Assembly: GCA_964291235.2 (NCBI GenBank) | Contig: OZ219816.1 | Location: forward strand, 896,001 to 960,000 | Direction of reading: 5' to 3' | Source of the DNA: Vicinamibacteria bacterium | GTDB lineage: Bacteria > Acidobacteriota > Vicinamibacteria > Marinacidobacterales > Marinacidobacteraceae | Length of the DNA: 64,000 bases | Part shown: piece after piece, positions 1-9,585 of the stretch | Position numbering within the stretch: the first letter of the stretch is position 1 | Layout: every line of letters begins with the position of its first letter | Notes under the pieces: model-generated | Told to the model about the DNA's origin: nothing | Databases searched by the model: none | The model's input: the letters and a program-made list of their open reading frames with translations, nothing else | Position numbers and translations under genes: made by a program

Positions 1-2
1 AC

Positions 3-371
3 GGCGTCTCGCTCTCGACCGAGCGACTGACCGAAGCCGTGGTCCGCGGCCGGGAGGTCATCGAGCAGCGTCTGGCGCTGGGGGAGACCCGGGAACAGGC
101 GGTGGCGGACATTTCGCGGGAAAGCGTCCGGGCCGGGCTGATACCCATCTTCAACGCGATGGCGGCCGCGGGGGTGGTGAGCCTGCCGGGAATGATGACG
201 GGGCAGATCCTCGCCGGCGCCCCGGTGGACCAGGCCGTCCGCTACCAGATCCTCATCCTGCTGCTGATCGCCGCCGGAACCGGTTTCGGGGTGCTCGCGG
301 CGGTGCGGGTGGTGTCCCGGCGACTCTTCGACGACCGCCACCGGCTGCGCCTCGACCGCCTGGCGGCCTGA
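3..371 (+). CDS. UPF0014 family ABC permease (FetB/YbbM-like), 5'-truncated by window edge
   Basis: Signature GVVSLPGMMTGQILAG...AVRYQI with hydrophobic helices; frame open from window start. Confidence 0.85.
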   Translation, partial: GVSLSTERLTEAVVRGREVIEQRLALGETREQAVADISRESVRAGLIPIFNAMAAAGVVSLPGMMTGQILAGAPVDQAVRYQILILLLIAAGTGFGVLAAVRVVSRRLFDDRHRLRLDRLAA

Positions 372-437
372 CGAATCCGCCGGGAGAACGGCGGGTGGAT
401 ATGGGATACTGCCCGGCTTCCGGAGGTCCGCTGCCCC

Positions 438-2096
438 ATGTCTCGAATCCGTCGCTCCAGCCTGCTCCTCGCTCTGGTGATCGCCTGCGTGGCGGCTGCA
501 CCCGTCGCCGCCCAGGAGGAAATTCCCTACCCGGTGCCCGACCGCTCCGACGGTGAAGGACCGTGGGACCGGCTGATCCTGCGGGGGCCGATCGTGATCG
601 ACGGCACCGGGGCGCCGCCGTACGGCCCGGTGGACATCATCGTCGAGGGCAACGTCATCCACTCGATCCACAACGTGGGAACCGGGGTGACCCCGATTCG
701 CGAAGAGGACCGTCCGGCCGCGCAGCCGGGAGATCACGAGATCGATCTGACCGGCCACTACATCCTGCCCGGGTTCATCGACATGCACCTCCACCAGCAC
801 AACGAGGGCTCCGGGCAGGGGGTCTCCGCCGAGTACATCCACAAGCTGTGGATGGGCCACGGGATCACCGCCGGCGGTGACCTCGGCAACTTCAACACCC
901 GCTGGCTCATCCATCACAAGAACCGGGCGTGGAACAACGAAATCACCTCGCCCCGCATCCAGGCGTTCGTCGTCTTCGGCCGTGACGGCGAGGAGCCGGT
1001 CACGAACCCCGACGCCGCCCGCCGCTGGGTGCAGTGGGTGAAGGAACAAGGAGCCGACGGCATCAAGTTCTTCGGCGCCCAGCCGCGGATCTTCCGGGCC
1101 GCTCTCGACGAGGCGGCCAAGCAGGGGCTCCGCTCCACCTCCCACCACGCCCAGCTCGATGTCGTGGGCATGAACGCGCTCGAAACCGCCCGCGCCGGGC
1201 TGACCTCCATGACCCACTGGTACGGCCTCCCCGAGGCGATGTTCACGGACAAGGTCATCCAGCACTACCCGGTGGACTACAACTACAACAACGAGTACCA
1301 CCGCTTCACCGAGGCCGGCCGGCTCTGGGCCCAGGCCGCACCTCCTTTCTCCGAGAAGTGGAACGCGGTGATGAACGAACTCCTCGAGCTGGACTTCTCG
1401 ATCCACCCCACCTGGGTGGCCTACATCGGCACTCGGGACCTGATGCGCCAGCAGCGGAACGAGTGGCACTCGGTCTATACCCACCCGAACCTCTGGGAGT
1501 TCTACCGGCCGAACGCGGAAAACCACGCCTCCTACTTCTTTGACTGGACCACCCAGGTCGAACTCAACTGGAAGGAGAACTACAAGCTCTGGATGGCCTT
1601 CGTGAACGAGTTCAAGAACCGGGGAGGCCGGGTCGCGGTTGGTAGCGACTCGGGCTACACCTTCAACCTCTACGGGTTCGGGTTCGTCCAGGAACTGGAG
1701 CTGATGCAGGAGGCCGGGTTCCATCCGCTCGAGGTCATCAAGGCGGCGACCCTGAACGGCGCCGAAGTGCTCGGGCTCGAGGACCGGCTCGGAAGCATCG
1801 AAGAGGAAAAGCTCGCCGACTTCGTGGTTCTTGAGGAGAACCCCCTCCAGAACCTCAAGGTGCTCTACGGGAGCGGAACGATCCGGCTGAACCACGAGAC
1901 CGGCCGCACCGAGCGGATCGGCTCGATCCGCTACACCATCAAGGACGGCATCGTGTACGACACCCGGAAGCTGCTCTCCGACGTGCGCGAGATGGTGCGG
2001 GCCGCCCGCGCCGAGAAGGGCCTGCCGCCCCCGCCGATACCCCTCTTCCTCGAGGACAACCCCGACCACGACTTCCCCAAGCCGGGCAGGCGCTAA
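438..2096 (+). CDS. Secreted amidohydrolase family protein
   Basis: Sec-type signal (LLLALVIACVAAAPVAAQ), PGFIDMHLH metal motif, GSD motif, C-terminal GSIEEEKLADFVVL. Confidence 0.85.
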   Translation: MSRIRRSSLLLALVIACVAAAPVAAQEEIPYPVPDRSDGEGPWDRLILRGPIVIDGTGAPPYGPVDIIVEGNVIHSIHNVGTGVTPIREEDRPAAQPGDHEIDLTGHYILPGFIDMHLHQHNEGSGQGVSAEYIHKLWMGHGITAGGDLGNFNTRWLIHHKNRAWNNEITSPRIQAFVVFGRDGEEPVTNPDAARRWVQWVKEQGADGIKFFGAQPRIFRAALDEAAKQGLRSTSHHAQLDVVGMNALETARAGLTSMTHWYGLPEAMFTDKVIQHYPVDYNYNNEYHRFTEAGRLWAQAAPPFSEKWNAVMNELLELDFSIHPTWVAYIGTRDLMRQQRNEWHSVYTHPNLWEFYRPNAENHASYFFDWTTQVELNWKENYKLWMAFVNEFKNRGGRVAVGSDSGYTFNLYGFGFVQELELMQEAGFHPLEVIKAATLNGAEVLGLEDRLGSIEEEKLADFVVLEENPLQNLKVLYGSGTIRLNHETGRTERIGSIRYTIKDGIVYDTRKLLSDVREMVRAARAEKGLPPPPIPLFLEDNPDHDFPKPGRR

Positions 2097-2103
2097 CTAG
2101 CCC

Positions 2104-2130
2104 GGGACCGCCGGCCTCCAGGCCGGCACC
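2104..2130. repeat. REP-like palindrome GCCGGCCT-CC-AGGCCGGC
   Basis: Palindrome at 2110-2127 just after a stop codon; same family recurs at 12630, 12767, 16820, 28564, 28723, 32291, 52984, 53026, 53303. Confidence 0.75.
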
Positions 2131-2186
2131 GCCTGCCGGAGCTCGCCGTCGGCGCGTGAGTTGCCGAATTACAGTAGTATGGTCTT

Positions 2187-2477
2187 ATGGCGATACAGAA
2201 GATGACCTTCAGCCTTGACACCCTGACGGCGGCTCGGATCGGCGCGCTTGCGCGAGATTTGGGAAAGCCGAAAAGCGCGATCGTCCGGGAAGCGGTTTCG
2301 GTATATGCCCAAAACGCCGGACGCCTCACTGAGGAGGAGCGGCTGGCAAGAGTGCGGACGTTCAATGAACTCGTCGCCAAGATCCCTCCGCGTACCCGCG
2401 AGGAAGTTGAGGCGGAACTGGAGGAGGTCCGACGCTCCCGCCGGGCTGGCTGGCTCCACAGCACGGAGGAGTCGTGA
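2187..2477 (+). CDS. Ribbon-helix-helix (CopG-like) antitoxin
   Basis: KMTFSLD...LARDLGKPKSAIVREAV RHH pattern; 4-bp overlap with the PIN toxin gene. Confidence 0.8.
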   Translation: MAIQKMTFSLDTLTAARIGALARDLGKPKSAIVREAVSVYAQNAGRLTEEERLARVRTFNELVAKIPPRTREEVEAELEEVRRSRRAGWLHSTEES

Positions 2478-2860
2478 TTCTCCTCGACACCTCGGTTCTG
2501 ATCGAACACCTCACCGGCCGGCCAGCTTCGCCGCATCCGATCAGAAATCTCCTGGAGACCGCTGAACCCATCCGGCTTCCGAGCGTGGTGCTCTACGAAT
2601 GGTTGCGCGGCAGTCGGCGGCCGGAGGAAGTGCAGGCGCAGGAAAGTCTGTTTCCGAGCGAACTTGCGGTTGCGTTCGGTCCGGCGGAAGCCAGAGTGGC
2701 CGCCGATCTCTATCGTTTGCTACGTCGCGCTCGAACGCGAGAAGCGGACATCGCCATCGCGGCGTGCGCGCTGGTTGCGGGGGCGCGCCTCTGGACCCTC
2801 AACGAGAAGGACTTCGGCGACATTCCCGGACTCCGCCTCTACCGGCCGCCTCGGGTATAG
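2474..2860 (+). CDS. vapC: PIN-domain VapC-family toxin
   Basis: ILLDTSVLIE, VVLYE, ADIAIAACAL, LWTLNEKDF PIN motifs; 128 aa. Confidence 0.88.
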   Translation: MILLDTSVLIEHLTGRPASPHPIRNLLETAEPIRLPSVVLYEWLRGSRRPEEVQAQESLFPSELAVAFGPAEARVAADLYRLLRRARTREADIAIAACALVAGARLWTLNEKDFGDIPGLRLYRPPRV

Positions 2861-2895
2861 CCGGGCCGGCGCCGATCACGCTCACTCTGACGCCG

Positions 2896-3897
2896 TCAGC
2901 GCGGCAAGTACTTCTTCGGGAACATCGCCACCACCGTGTAGTGCGGATCCACCACGTTTCCGATGCGGGCCTTCCCGACCTGCGAAAGGAGCTGTAGCGC
3001 CTCCCAGCGGTCGAGTCCGTAGTCGTCCTCGAGCCAGAAGATGATCTCGGTGTGGGCGATCCGGAAGGCGTCCATCAGGGGGCGCACCGAGCCGGCGACC
3101 ATGAGGTAGTCGTCGTTCTCGATCCGGGGCCAGGCGATGGACTGGCCCTTGATCAGGTCGAACTCGAAGGTCACTTCGGCGGTGGTCTCGAGTCCGGTGC
3201 CGGTGATCTCGCCCTCGCCCTGCAGGGCGTGGACGTCCCCGAAGTAGAAGTAGGCGCCCGGCTCGAACACCGGGAGGTACACGGTCACTCCCTCGCGGAT
3301 TTCCGGGGTGTCCATGTTGCCGCCGAAGTTGCCGGGAGCGGCGTTCCAGATGACCTCGCCCCGGTCCGGCGCGACCGCCATCCGGCCGAGCATCGGCGAG
3401 AGTTCCACGGTGACCGGGTCCTTGCCGCTGGCCGGGAGGTCGAGCGTTCCGGTGTGCGCCTGAAGGTCCAGCCTCCATTCGAAGCGCCGCTGGGGCACCG
3501 GCTCGTGGAGCATCGCGGTCTGGGGCGTCATGGTGAGCGCAGCGAACCCGGTGGAGGTCCCGGAAAACGCCCGGTCCTGGTTGAGCTCCAGGCGGACCAC
3601 CCGAATGGCGAGGGTGTCACCCCGCTCCGATCCTTCGATGTAAATGGGTCCGACCTCACCCGCCAGGTGCCTTGTTTCCTCCGGCATGAACGCCGCGCCC
3701 ATGGACTCGCTGATCAGCGTGTCCCCAGGGGAGATGCGGAGAACCGGCTCCCGGACCGCAAAGCTCTGGTAGCCCCGCTCGGGGATGAAGGTGTGGGTCT
3801 GTCCCTGCGCCGCCGTCAGGGCCGGCGCGAGGCACGCGAGCACGAAGGCCGCGGCGGTGTGCGGAGAGCGAATCGGGGTCGGGGCAGGGGTGCGCAT
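2896..3897 (-). CDS. Acetamidase/formamidase family protein (secreted)
   Basis: GPIYIEG...GDTLAI, PGNFGGNMD, GDVHALQGEGEITGTGLE motifs; N-terminal signal peptide. Confidence 0.88.
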   Translation of the reverse strand: MRTPAPTPIRSPHTAAAFVLACLAPALTAAQGQTHTFIPERGYQSFAVREPVLRISPGDTLISESMGAAFMPEETRHLAGEVGPIYIEGSERGDTLAIRVVRLELNQDRAFSGTSTGFAALTMTPQTAMLHEPVPQRRFEWRLDLQAHTGTLDLPASGKDPVTVELSPMLGRMAVAPDRGEVIWNAAPGNFGGNMDTPEIREGVTVYLPVFEPGAYFYFGDVHALQGEGEITGTGLETTAEVTFEFDLIKGQSIAWPRIENDDYLMVAGSVRPLMDAFRIAHTEIIFWLEDDYGLDRWEALQLLSQVGKARIGNVVDPHYTVVAMFPKKYLPR

Positions 3898-3956
3898 GGT
3901 CCCGATTCTATGGAGGCAATGGCGCGCCTACCTGGCAGCCTCGCGTCGCCACGGGA

Positions 3957-4112
3957 TCCGCCGGCGTTCGACGCGGTCAGCACGGGTCCGAGCGAACAGT
4001 CGCCGACCCCGAAACGGATCGCCTCCGCGGCGCCGCCGGCCCGGATTCCGGCGGTATGGGCCTTCGGCGTGCAGCCGGTCACGCGGTTGACGACTCGGTG
4101 GAAATGATGCGG
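3957..4112 (-). pseudogene. Degenerate fragment of an Ada-like regulator/O6-methylguanine methyltransferase
   Basis: PHHFHRVVNRVTGCTPKA joined directly to RAGGAAEAIRFGVGDCSLG, two Ada segments normally separated by a second HTH region; no intact gene. Confidence 0.6.
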
Positions 4113-4779
4113 GCCGTCCTCCAGTTTCTTGCGTTCGTATCCGCTGGCGAGCGACAGCACCACATGTTCGAATGGCCGGGAATTACATGCGAGTTAGCCT
4201 AGGAAGTGGCTTTGTTGTGGGTCATCTCTAACCTACCCCTAAGAACTGAAGAGTCCGATACGTGAGCATCGCCTCTTTCGATCTTCCGGCCTTTGCTTCA
4301 AGTGTTGGAGCCATTTGGGACCAGTGGGGATGCTGCTTCCGAAAAGGATTACGTCTCCAGCAGGTTCGACAAGGCTGCCTCCCCCAAAGACGTATATCCA
4401 ACGGAATGCCTAATCCATCGAGAATCAATCCAAGTTGTTGTAAGTGTTGTATTTCGATGTTCTGTTTCCTCCGGGATGTTTCTGTAGTTTGACTGTCGTG
4501 AAATTAGGTTCATCCTGTTTGGGCCATCCTCTGCTGTGGGGAGATGTTAGGGGCTAATTTCATATGTAAATCCCAATTGCCAACAACGTGTCAAATATGT
4601 CAAGATGCGGGGATACGAGGTCAAGATTGCGTGAACCTCCGGATCCGGCGCGTCGGTCGAAGCGTCGACGCTTGGTCCGGAACGTCCACGACCGTCCAAT
4701 CCGGTCTGAGGCTGGAGGGGCCGTCTTCACGCAGAGGGAGGCGCCTCGGGGGCCACGGGTGGATCGCCACGACGGCCAC

Positions 4780-4965
4780 GACGAGCTTGCGCCGATGATC
4801 GAGTCACCGCGAAAGCGCATTGCGAGACTCCGTGCGGCGAGCGTGCGCATCAGCGCCAACCTCGAGCTCCGTACCGTCCCTGCGCGGGGAGGTGGAGAAC
4901 GCCCGCGAACTCACCGATGGGCGATTTGCCGCCATCGCCACCATCAACGAAAAGGGCGAGCCCCG
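4780..4965 (+). pseudogene. N-terminal relic of a GAF-domain sensor protein
   Basis: RIARLRAASVRISANLELRTV, frameshift near 4879, then LRGEVENARELTDGRFAAIATINEKGEP: typical start of a GAF domain, truncated. Confidence 0.55.
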
Positions 4966-4975
4966 GAGTAGGCGG

Positions 4976-6118
4976 ATGCGCTGTCTGCTCGCGGCCCCGT
5001 TGCTGATCGCCGGCTGCGGCGGGGGCGCGGACGGCACTCCCGTCGCGCCCACCACCCCGGCCCCGGCGGTGGAGTCCGCGCCGCTCCCGCCGCCACAAGA
5101 AGACGTGGTCGTTCCGCCGGCCGAACCCGGGAAGCTCGCCCCGGACCGGATCAGACTGACTCTCACTTCCGAGGCGGGCGCCCCGCTCCCCGACGCGGCC
5201 TACGCGTGGACCACGGACGAGCACTCGGGGTGGGTGTTTCCCCCCGAAGGCCGCACGGACGACGAAGGGCTGATCGACGCCGCCTGGATTCCCGGGTTTC
5301 CGGGAACGGGCAAGCTGGGTCTGACGTTCACCGAGGACGGCGAGGAACGGACCCGCGAGTTTGAGACGGTCAGCGTCGCCTCGGACAACCCCCCATGGTC
5401 CGAGCTGGTTCTGAGACTCAATTCGCCCTTGGCGACGGGTTACTCCATCGACCTTACGCCCCTGACCGAACCGCCCGGCACCTACTACTCCGCAATCAAC
5501 TGGAGTGGCGGATACGCGGGGCTACAGCGGCGCGGAAACCTCTTCGACCGGCAGTTGCAGTTCTCCGCATGGGACGCGAGCGGTGGCACGCCGCCCGAAG
5601 TCGTGGAAATGGCTGACGGACTGATTTGCAGGGGCTTCGATCACGAGGGAAGCGGCGTCCAGTGCGGAACCGAGTACCCGTGGGCCGTCGGCAAGACCTA
5701 CCGCTTCGAGATGACCGTGGAACCGGGCGCCCCCGGGTACAGCCACCTCGTGCTGCACGTCACGGACCTCGAATCCGGCGACCGCCGCCACATCGGAACG
5801 CTGCAAGCCAACCGGCAGGCGTTCGACACCGGATTCTTTGGATTCGTCGAGGATTTCCGCCGCACGGCCCCCACCTGTCTCGATCAGCAGGTCCGAAGCG
5901 CCGCCTTCCGCCGGGCGCTGGCCAGAACCGAAACGGGGTGGGTCCCGCTCACGGACGGCACACTATCGACGTTTTCACGGGAGGACACCGCAAACCCCGG
6001 CACGCCGGCTTGCGTGAACTACGACGTGCGGGAGCACCCGGCGGGCCTCGAACTCTTGATCGGCGGTCCGAACGTACGGGATCCTCACAAATCGGCGAGG
6101 GTCCGCATTCCCGAGTAG
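4976..6118 (+). CDS. Lipoprotein with Ig-like segment and DUF3472-like domain, tandem copy 1
   Basis: ATG at 4976, lipobox LIAG-C, Pro-rich linker, TYYSAINWSGGYAGLQ...LQFSAWD and FVEDF resembling DUF3472; the ORF-track extension to 4820 is the GAF relic. Confidence 0.7.
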   Translation: MRCLLAAPLLIAGCGGGADGTPVAPTTPAPAVESAPLPPPQEDVVVPPAEPGKLAPDRIRLTLTSEAGAPLPDAAYAWTTDEHSGWVFPPEGRTDDEGLIDAAWIPGFPGTGKLGLTFTEDGEERTREFETVSVASDNPPWSELVLRLNSPLATGYSIDLTPLTEPPGTYYSAINWSGGYAGLQRRGNLFDRQLQFSAWDASGGTPPEVVEMADGLICRGFDHEGSGVQCGTEYPWAVGKTYRFEMTVEPGAPGYSHLVLHVTDLESGDRRHIGTLQANRQAFDTGFFGFVEDFRRTAPTCLDQQVRSAAFRRALARTETGWVPLTDGTLSTFSREDTANPGTPACVNYDVREHPAGLELLIGGPNVRDPHKSARVRIPE

Positions 6119-6121
6119 TGC

Positions 6122-7279
6122 GTGCGGTCTAAACGCGGAACTCCCCGGGCGCTCGCGGCCTTGCTGCTGCTCGCCGCCGCCTGCGGCGGGGGTCCGGACG
6201 GCACGCCCGTCGTTTCCACCACCCCGACGCCGGAGTCCGCGCCCCTCCCGCCACCACCCGAAGACCTGGTCGTTCCTCCGGCCGAGGCGGGGAAGCTCGC
6301 GGCGGAGCGGATCCGATTCACGCTCATGTCGGCGGCGGGCGCCCCGCTTCCCGACACTGCCTACGCGTGGACCACGGACGAGCACTCGGGCTGGGTGTTC
6401 CCCGCCGAAGGCCGCACGGACGACGAGGGGCTGATCGACGCCGCCTGGATTCCCGGGTTCCCGGGAACGGGAGAGCTGGGCCTGACGTTCACCGAGGACG
6501 GGGAGGAACGGACCCGGGAGTTCGAGACGGTCAGCGTCGCCCCGCCCAACCCCCCGTGGGCCGCGCGGGCTCTAAAACTCAATTCGCCCCTGGCGACGGG
6601 CTACTCCATCGACCTGACGCCCCTGACCGAACCGCCCAGCACGTTCTACGCCGCAATGGACTGGAATGGCGGATACGCCGGGCTGCAGCGGAGCGGCAAC
6701 CTCTTCGACCGGCAGTTGCAGTTCTCCGCATGGGACGCGAGCGGCGGCACGCCGCCGGAAGTCGTGGAAGCCGCTGACGGAGTAATCTGCAAGCGCTTCG
6801 ATCACGAGGGAAGCGGCTTCCAGTGTGGAGCCGAGTACCCGTGGGCCGTCGGGAAGACCTACCGCTTCGAGATGACCGTGGACCCGGGCGCCCCCGGGTT
6901 CAGCCACCTTGCGCTGCACGTCACCGACCTCGAATCAGGCGACCGCCGCCACATCGGAACGTTCAGAGCCAAACGGCAGCCGTTCGACACCGAATTCGAA
7001 TCGTTCGTGGAGGACTTCGGCCGCAGGAGCCCCACCTGTCTCAGCCAGGAGGTCAGAAGCGCCGCCCTCCGCCGGGCGCGAGCGCGAACCGACGCGGGGT
7101 GGGTCCCGCTCGTGAACGCCACTGTGAGCGGGCTTTTCGAGGAGGACGCCGGAAACCCCGGCACCCTGGGATGCGCCAACTACGAACTGCGGGAGCACCC
7201 GGCGGGCATTGAACTCCTGATGGGCGGTACGAACGTGCGGGATCCCCACAAATCGGTGAGGGTCCGGATTCCCGAGTAG
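6122..7279 (+). CDS. Lipoprotein, DUF3472-like, tandem copy 2
   Basis: Full-length paralog of copy 1; lipobox LAAA-C; same RVRIPE C-terminus. Confidence 0.72.
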   Translation: MRSKRGTPRALAALLLLAAACGGGPDGTPVVSTTPTPESAPLPPPPEDLVVPPAEAGKLAAERIRFTLMSAAGAPLPDTAYAWTTDEHSGWVFPAEGRTDDEGLIDAAWIPGFPGTGELGLTFTEDGEERTREFETVSVAPPNPPWAARALKLNSPLATGYSIDLTPLTEPPSTFYAAMDWNGGYAGLQRSGNLFDRQLQFSAWDASGGTPPEVVEAADGVICKRFDHEGSGFQCGAEYPWAVGKTYRFEMTVDPGAPGFSHLALHVTDLESGDRRHIGTFRAKRQPFDTEFESFVEDFGRRSPTCLSQEVRSAALRRARARTDAGWVPLVNATVSGLFEEDAGNPGTLGCANYELREHPAGIELLMGGTNVRDPHKSVRVRIPE

Positions 7280-7282
7280 TCC

Positions 7283-8445
7283 TTGCGGTCTGGACGCGGA
7301 ACTCCCCGGGCGGTCGCGGCGCTGCTGCTGCTGCTCGCCGCCGCCTGCGGCGGCGGTCCGGACGGCACGGCCGTCGCTCCCACCACCCCGGCCCCGGCGC
7401 CGGAGTCCGCGCCCCTCCCGCCGCCACCCGAAGACCTGGTCGTTCTCCCGGCCGAGGCGGGGAAACTCGCCCCGGACCGGATCAGACTGACTCTCACTTC
7501 GGAGGCGGGTGCCCCCCTCCTCGACACGGCCTACGCGTGGACCACGGACGAGCACTCGGGGTGGGTGTTCCCCGCCGAAGGTCGCACGGACGACGAGGGG
7601 CTGATCGACGCCGCCTGGATTCCCGGGTTCCCGGGGTCGGGAAAGCTGGTCCTGACGTTCACCGAGGGCGGGGAGGAACGGACCCGGATGTTCGAGACGG
7701 CCAGCGTCGCGCCGCCCAACCCCCCGTGGGGCGCGCAGAGTCTAGTCATCGATTGGCCGCTGACGACGGGCTACGCCGTGGACCTGACGCCCCTGACCGA
7801 ACCGCCCGGCACGTTCTACGGCGCCCTGAACTGGTATGGCGGATACGCCGGGCTCCAGCGGGCGGGCAACCTCTTCGACCGGCAGTTGCAGTTCTCCGTA
7901 TGGGACGGGAGCGGCGGCACACCGTCCGAAGTCGTGGAAATGGCTGACGGAGTGATTTGCAGCCGCTTCGATCACGAGGAAAGCGGCGTCCAGTGTGGAA
8001 CCGAGTACCAGTGGGCCGTTGGAAGACCTACCGCTTCGAGATGACCTTGGAACCGGGTGCCCCCGGGTTCAGCCATCTCGTGCTGCACGTCACGGACCTC
8101 GAATCCGGCGCCCGCCAACGTATCGGAACGCTGAAGGCCAAACGGCCGGCGTTCGGCGCAGGATTCGATGGATTCGTGGAGGACTTCCACCGCACGGCCC
8201 CTACTTGTCTCGAGCAGCAGGTCCGAAGCGCCGCCTTCCGCCGGGCGCGCGCCCGAACCGACGCGGGGTGGGTTCCGCTCGTGAACGCCACCGTAAGCGA
8301 GGTCCGCGAGGACGCCGGAAACCCCGGCACCCTGGAATGCGCCAACTACGAACTGCGGGAGCACCCGGCGGGCATCGAGCTCCTGGTAGGCGGTACGAAC
8401 GTGCGGGATCCCCACAAATCGGTGAGGGTCCGGATTCCCGAGTAG
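7283..8445 (+). pseudogene. Lipoprotein, DUF3472-like, tandem copy 3 with 1-bp frameshift
   Basis: TGGGCCGTTGGAAGACC (~8012-8028) lacks one base versus copy 2 TGGGCCGTCGGGAAGACC; the protein continues as KTYRFEMT...RVRIPE in another frame to 8445. Confidence 0.75.
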
Positions 8446-8448
8446 TCG

Positions 8449-9216
8449 GTGCGGTCCGGACGCGGAACTACCCGGGCGCTCGCGGCGCTGCTGCTGCTGC
8501 TGCTCGCCGCCGCCTGCGGCGGGGGTACTGGGGGCACGCCCGTCGCTCCGCCCGCCGTCTCGGCCCCAGCGCCCGCGCCACCGCCGGAGCTCCGGGTCTG
8601 CACGGACGAGCGGGAACTGGCCCTCGAATACCTTGCGCACAGTGGGCCCAACCTCCCCCCGCAACTGGTCGAGTTCTGGGACGGGACGCCGATCCGCGTC
8701 GATTTGGACGAGACGAGGATCCCGGAGGCGGAGCGGCCCCACGCGGAACACATGCTGGCGGTCGTGGGACGGTTTTCGGAACGGATCGAGAACCAACTCG
8801 GTTACCCGATCCTCGAACCCGGGGGCTGGATCGGCGAGGACGACGGCTTCGTCATCGAGATGGATGAGCACCTGAGCATCGTGCGGTGCGCGACACTCGA
8901 ACCGGGCCGCCGGGCCGTCATCACCGCGACCCCGGAATTTGCCTCCGTGGGGGCGGCGTTCCCGGCGTGCGCGCTGGCCTGGTTCCAGACCTTCGATCTG
9001 CCCGCCGACTACCTGGCGCCCCACGAACTCTTCCACCTGTTCGGCTTCCGGCACAGCGAGGAAACGCACCCGGAGGAGCGGGAGTGGGGCGGCATCCCGA
9101 TGTCCCGCGGCCTGACGACCGGCGTCAACGCCGCCGGGACGGACTTCATCGAAGGTTTGGGTGTCGCCTTCGAGGACATCGACGCGCTGCGCTGCGTCTT
9201 GCCGGAGGGCGGCTGA
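8449..9216 (+). CDS. Lipoprotein with metzincin-type zinc metallopeptidase motif
   Basis: Same leader as the array (MRSGRGT.RALAALLLLLLAAACGGG); HELFHLFGFRH (HExxHxxGxxH) and downstream Met (IPMS). Confidence 0.7.
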   Translation: MRSGRGTTRALAALLLLLLAAACGGGTGGTPVAPPAVSAPAPAPPPELRVCTDERELALEYLAHSGPNLPPQLVEFWDGTPIRVDLDETRIPEAERPHAEHMLAVVGRFSERIENQLGYPILEPGGWIGEDDGFVIEMDEHLSIVRCATLEPGRRAVITATPEFASVGAAFPACALAWFQTFDLPADYLAPHELFHLFGFRHSEETHPEEREWGGIPMSRGLTTGVNAAGTDFIEGLGVAFEDIDALRCVLPEGG

Positions 9217-9319
9217 CGCGCGCCGCCGGCTGCGGTCGGCGGACGCCGGCCGACCACGATCCTGCCGCTCCGCAATTGGAGACCTGGCAAAGCGCAACCC
9301 GAAGGGATACGGGCCCTTG

Positions 9320-9497
9320 CTCGACGGTGACCGGGCCCTGGCCGCTCGCCGGCAACGCCAGGGTGCCGGTATTGGTCTCGAGGTCCAGAACCCACTCGAA
9401 GCGGCGCTGCGGCACCGGCTCGTGGAGCGTGGCGGTCCGGGGCGTCATGGTGAGCGCGGCGAACGCGGAGGGTGGAGGCGGGGGAGTCGGTACGCAT
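9320..9497 (-). pseudogene. Internally deleted relic of an acetamidase paralog
   Basis: FAALTMTPRTATLHEPVPQRRFEWVLDLETNTGTLALPASGQGPVTVE matches the 3405-3547 part of gene 2896-3897; the start region also resembles 3861-3910. Confidence 0.8.
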
Positions 9498-9585
9498 GGG
9501 TTCGATTCTGCGAAGGGCCGGCCGCGGGCTCGCCAGCCTCTACCCGAGTCAGGCGGTACTCTCCGTTTCAGGAAGGCTCATCACC

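Noticed and set aside
4228-4492. Short ORFs in the AT-rich patch (possible peptide precursor)
   Set aside because: Overlapping frames on both strands, no recognisable motifs, and no modifying enzymes nearby.
4976-8445. Possible diversity-generating retroelement or shufflon
   Set aside because: No reverse transcriptase or adjacent invertase, differences are not adenine-specific, and all units are direct repeats.
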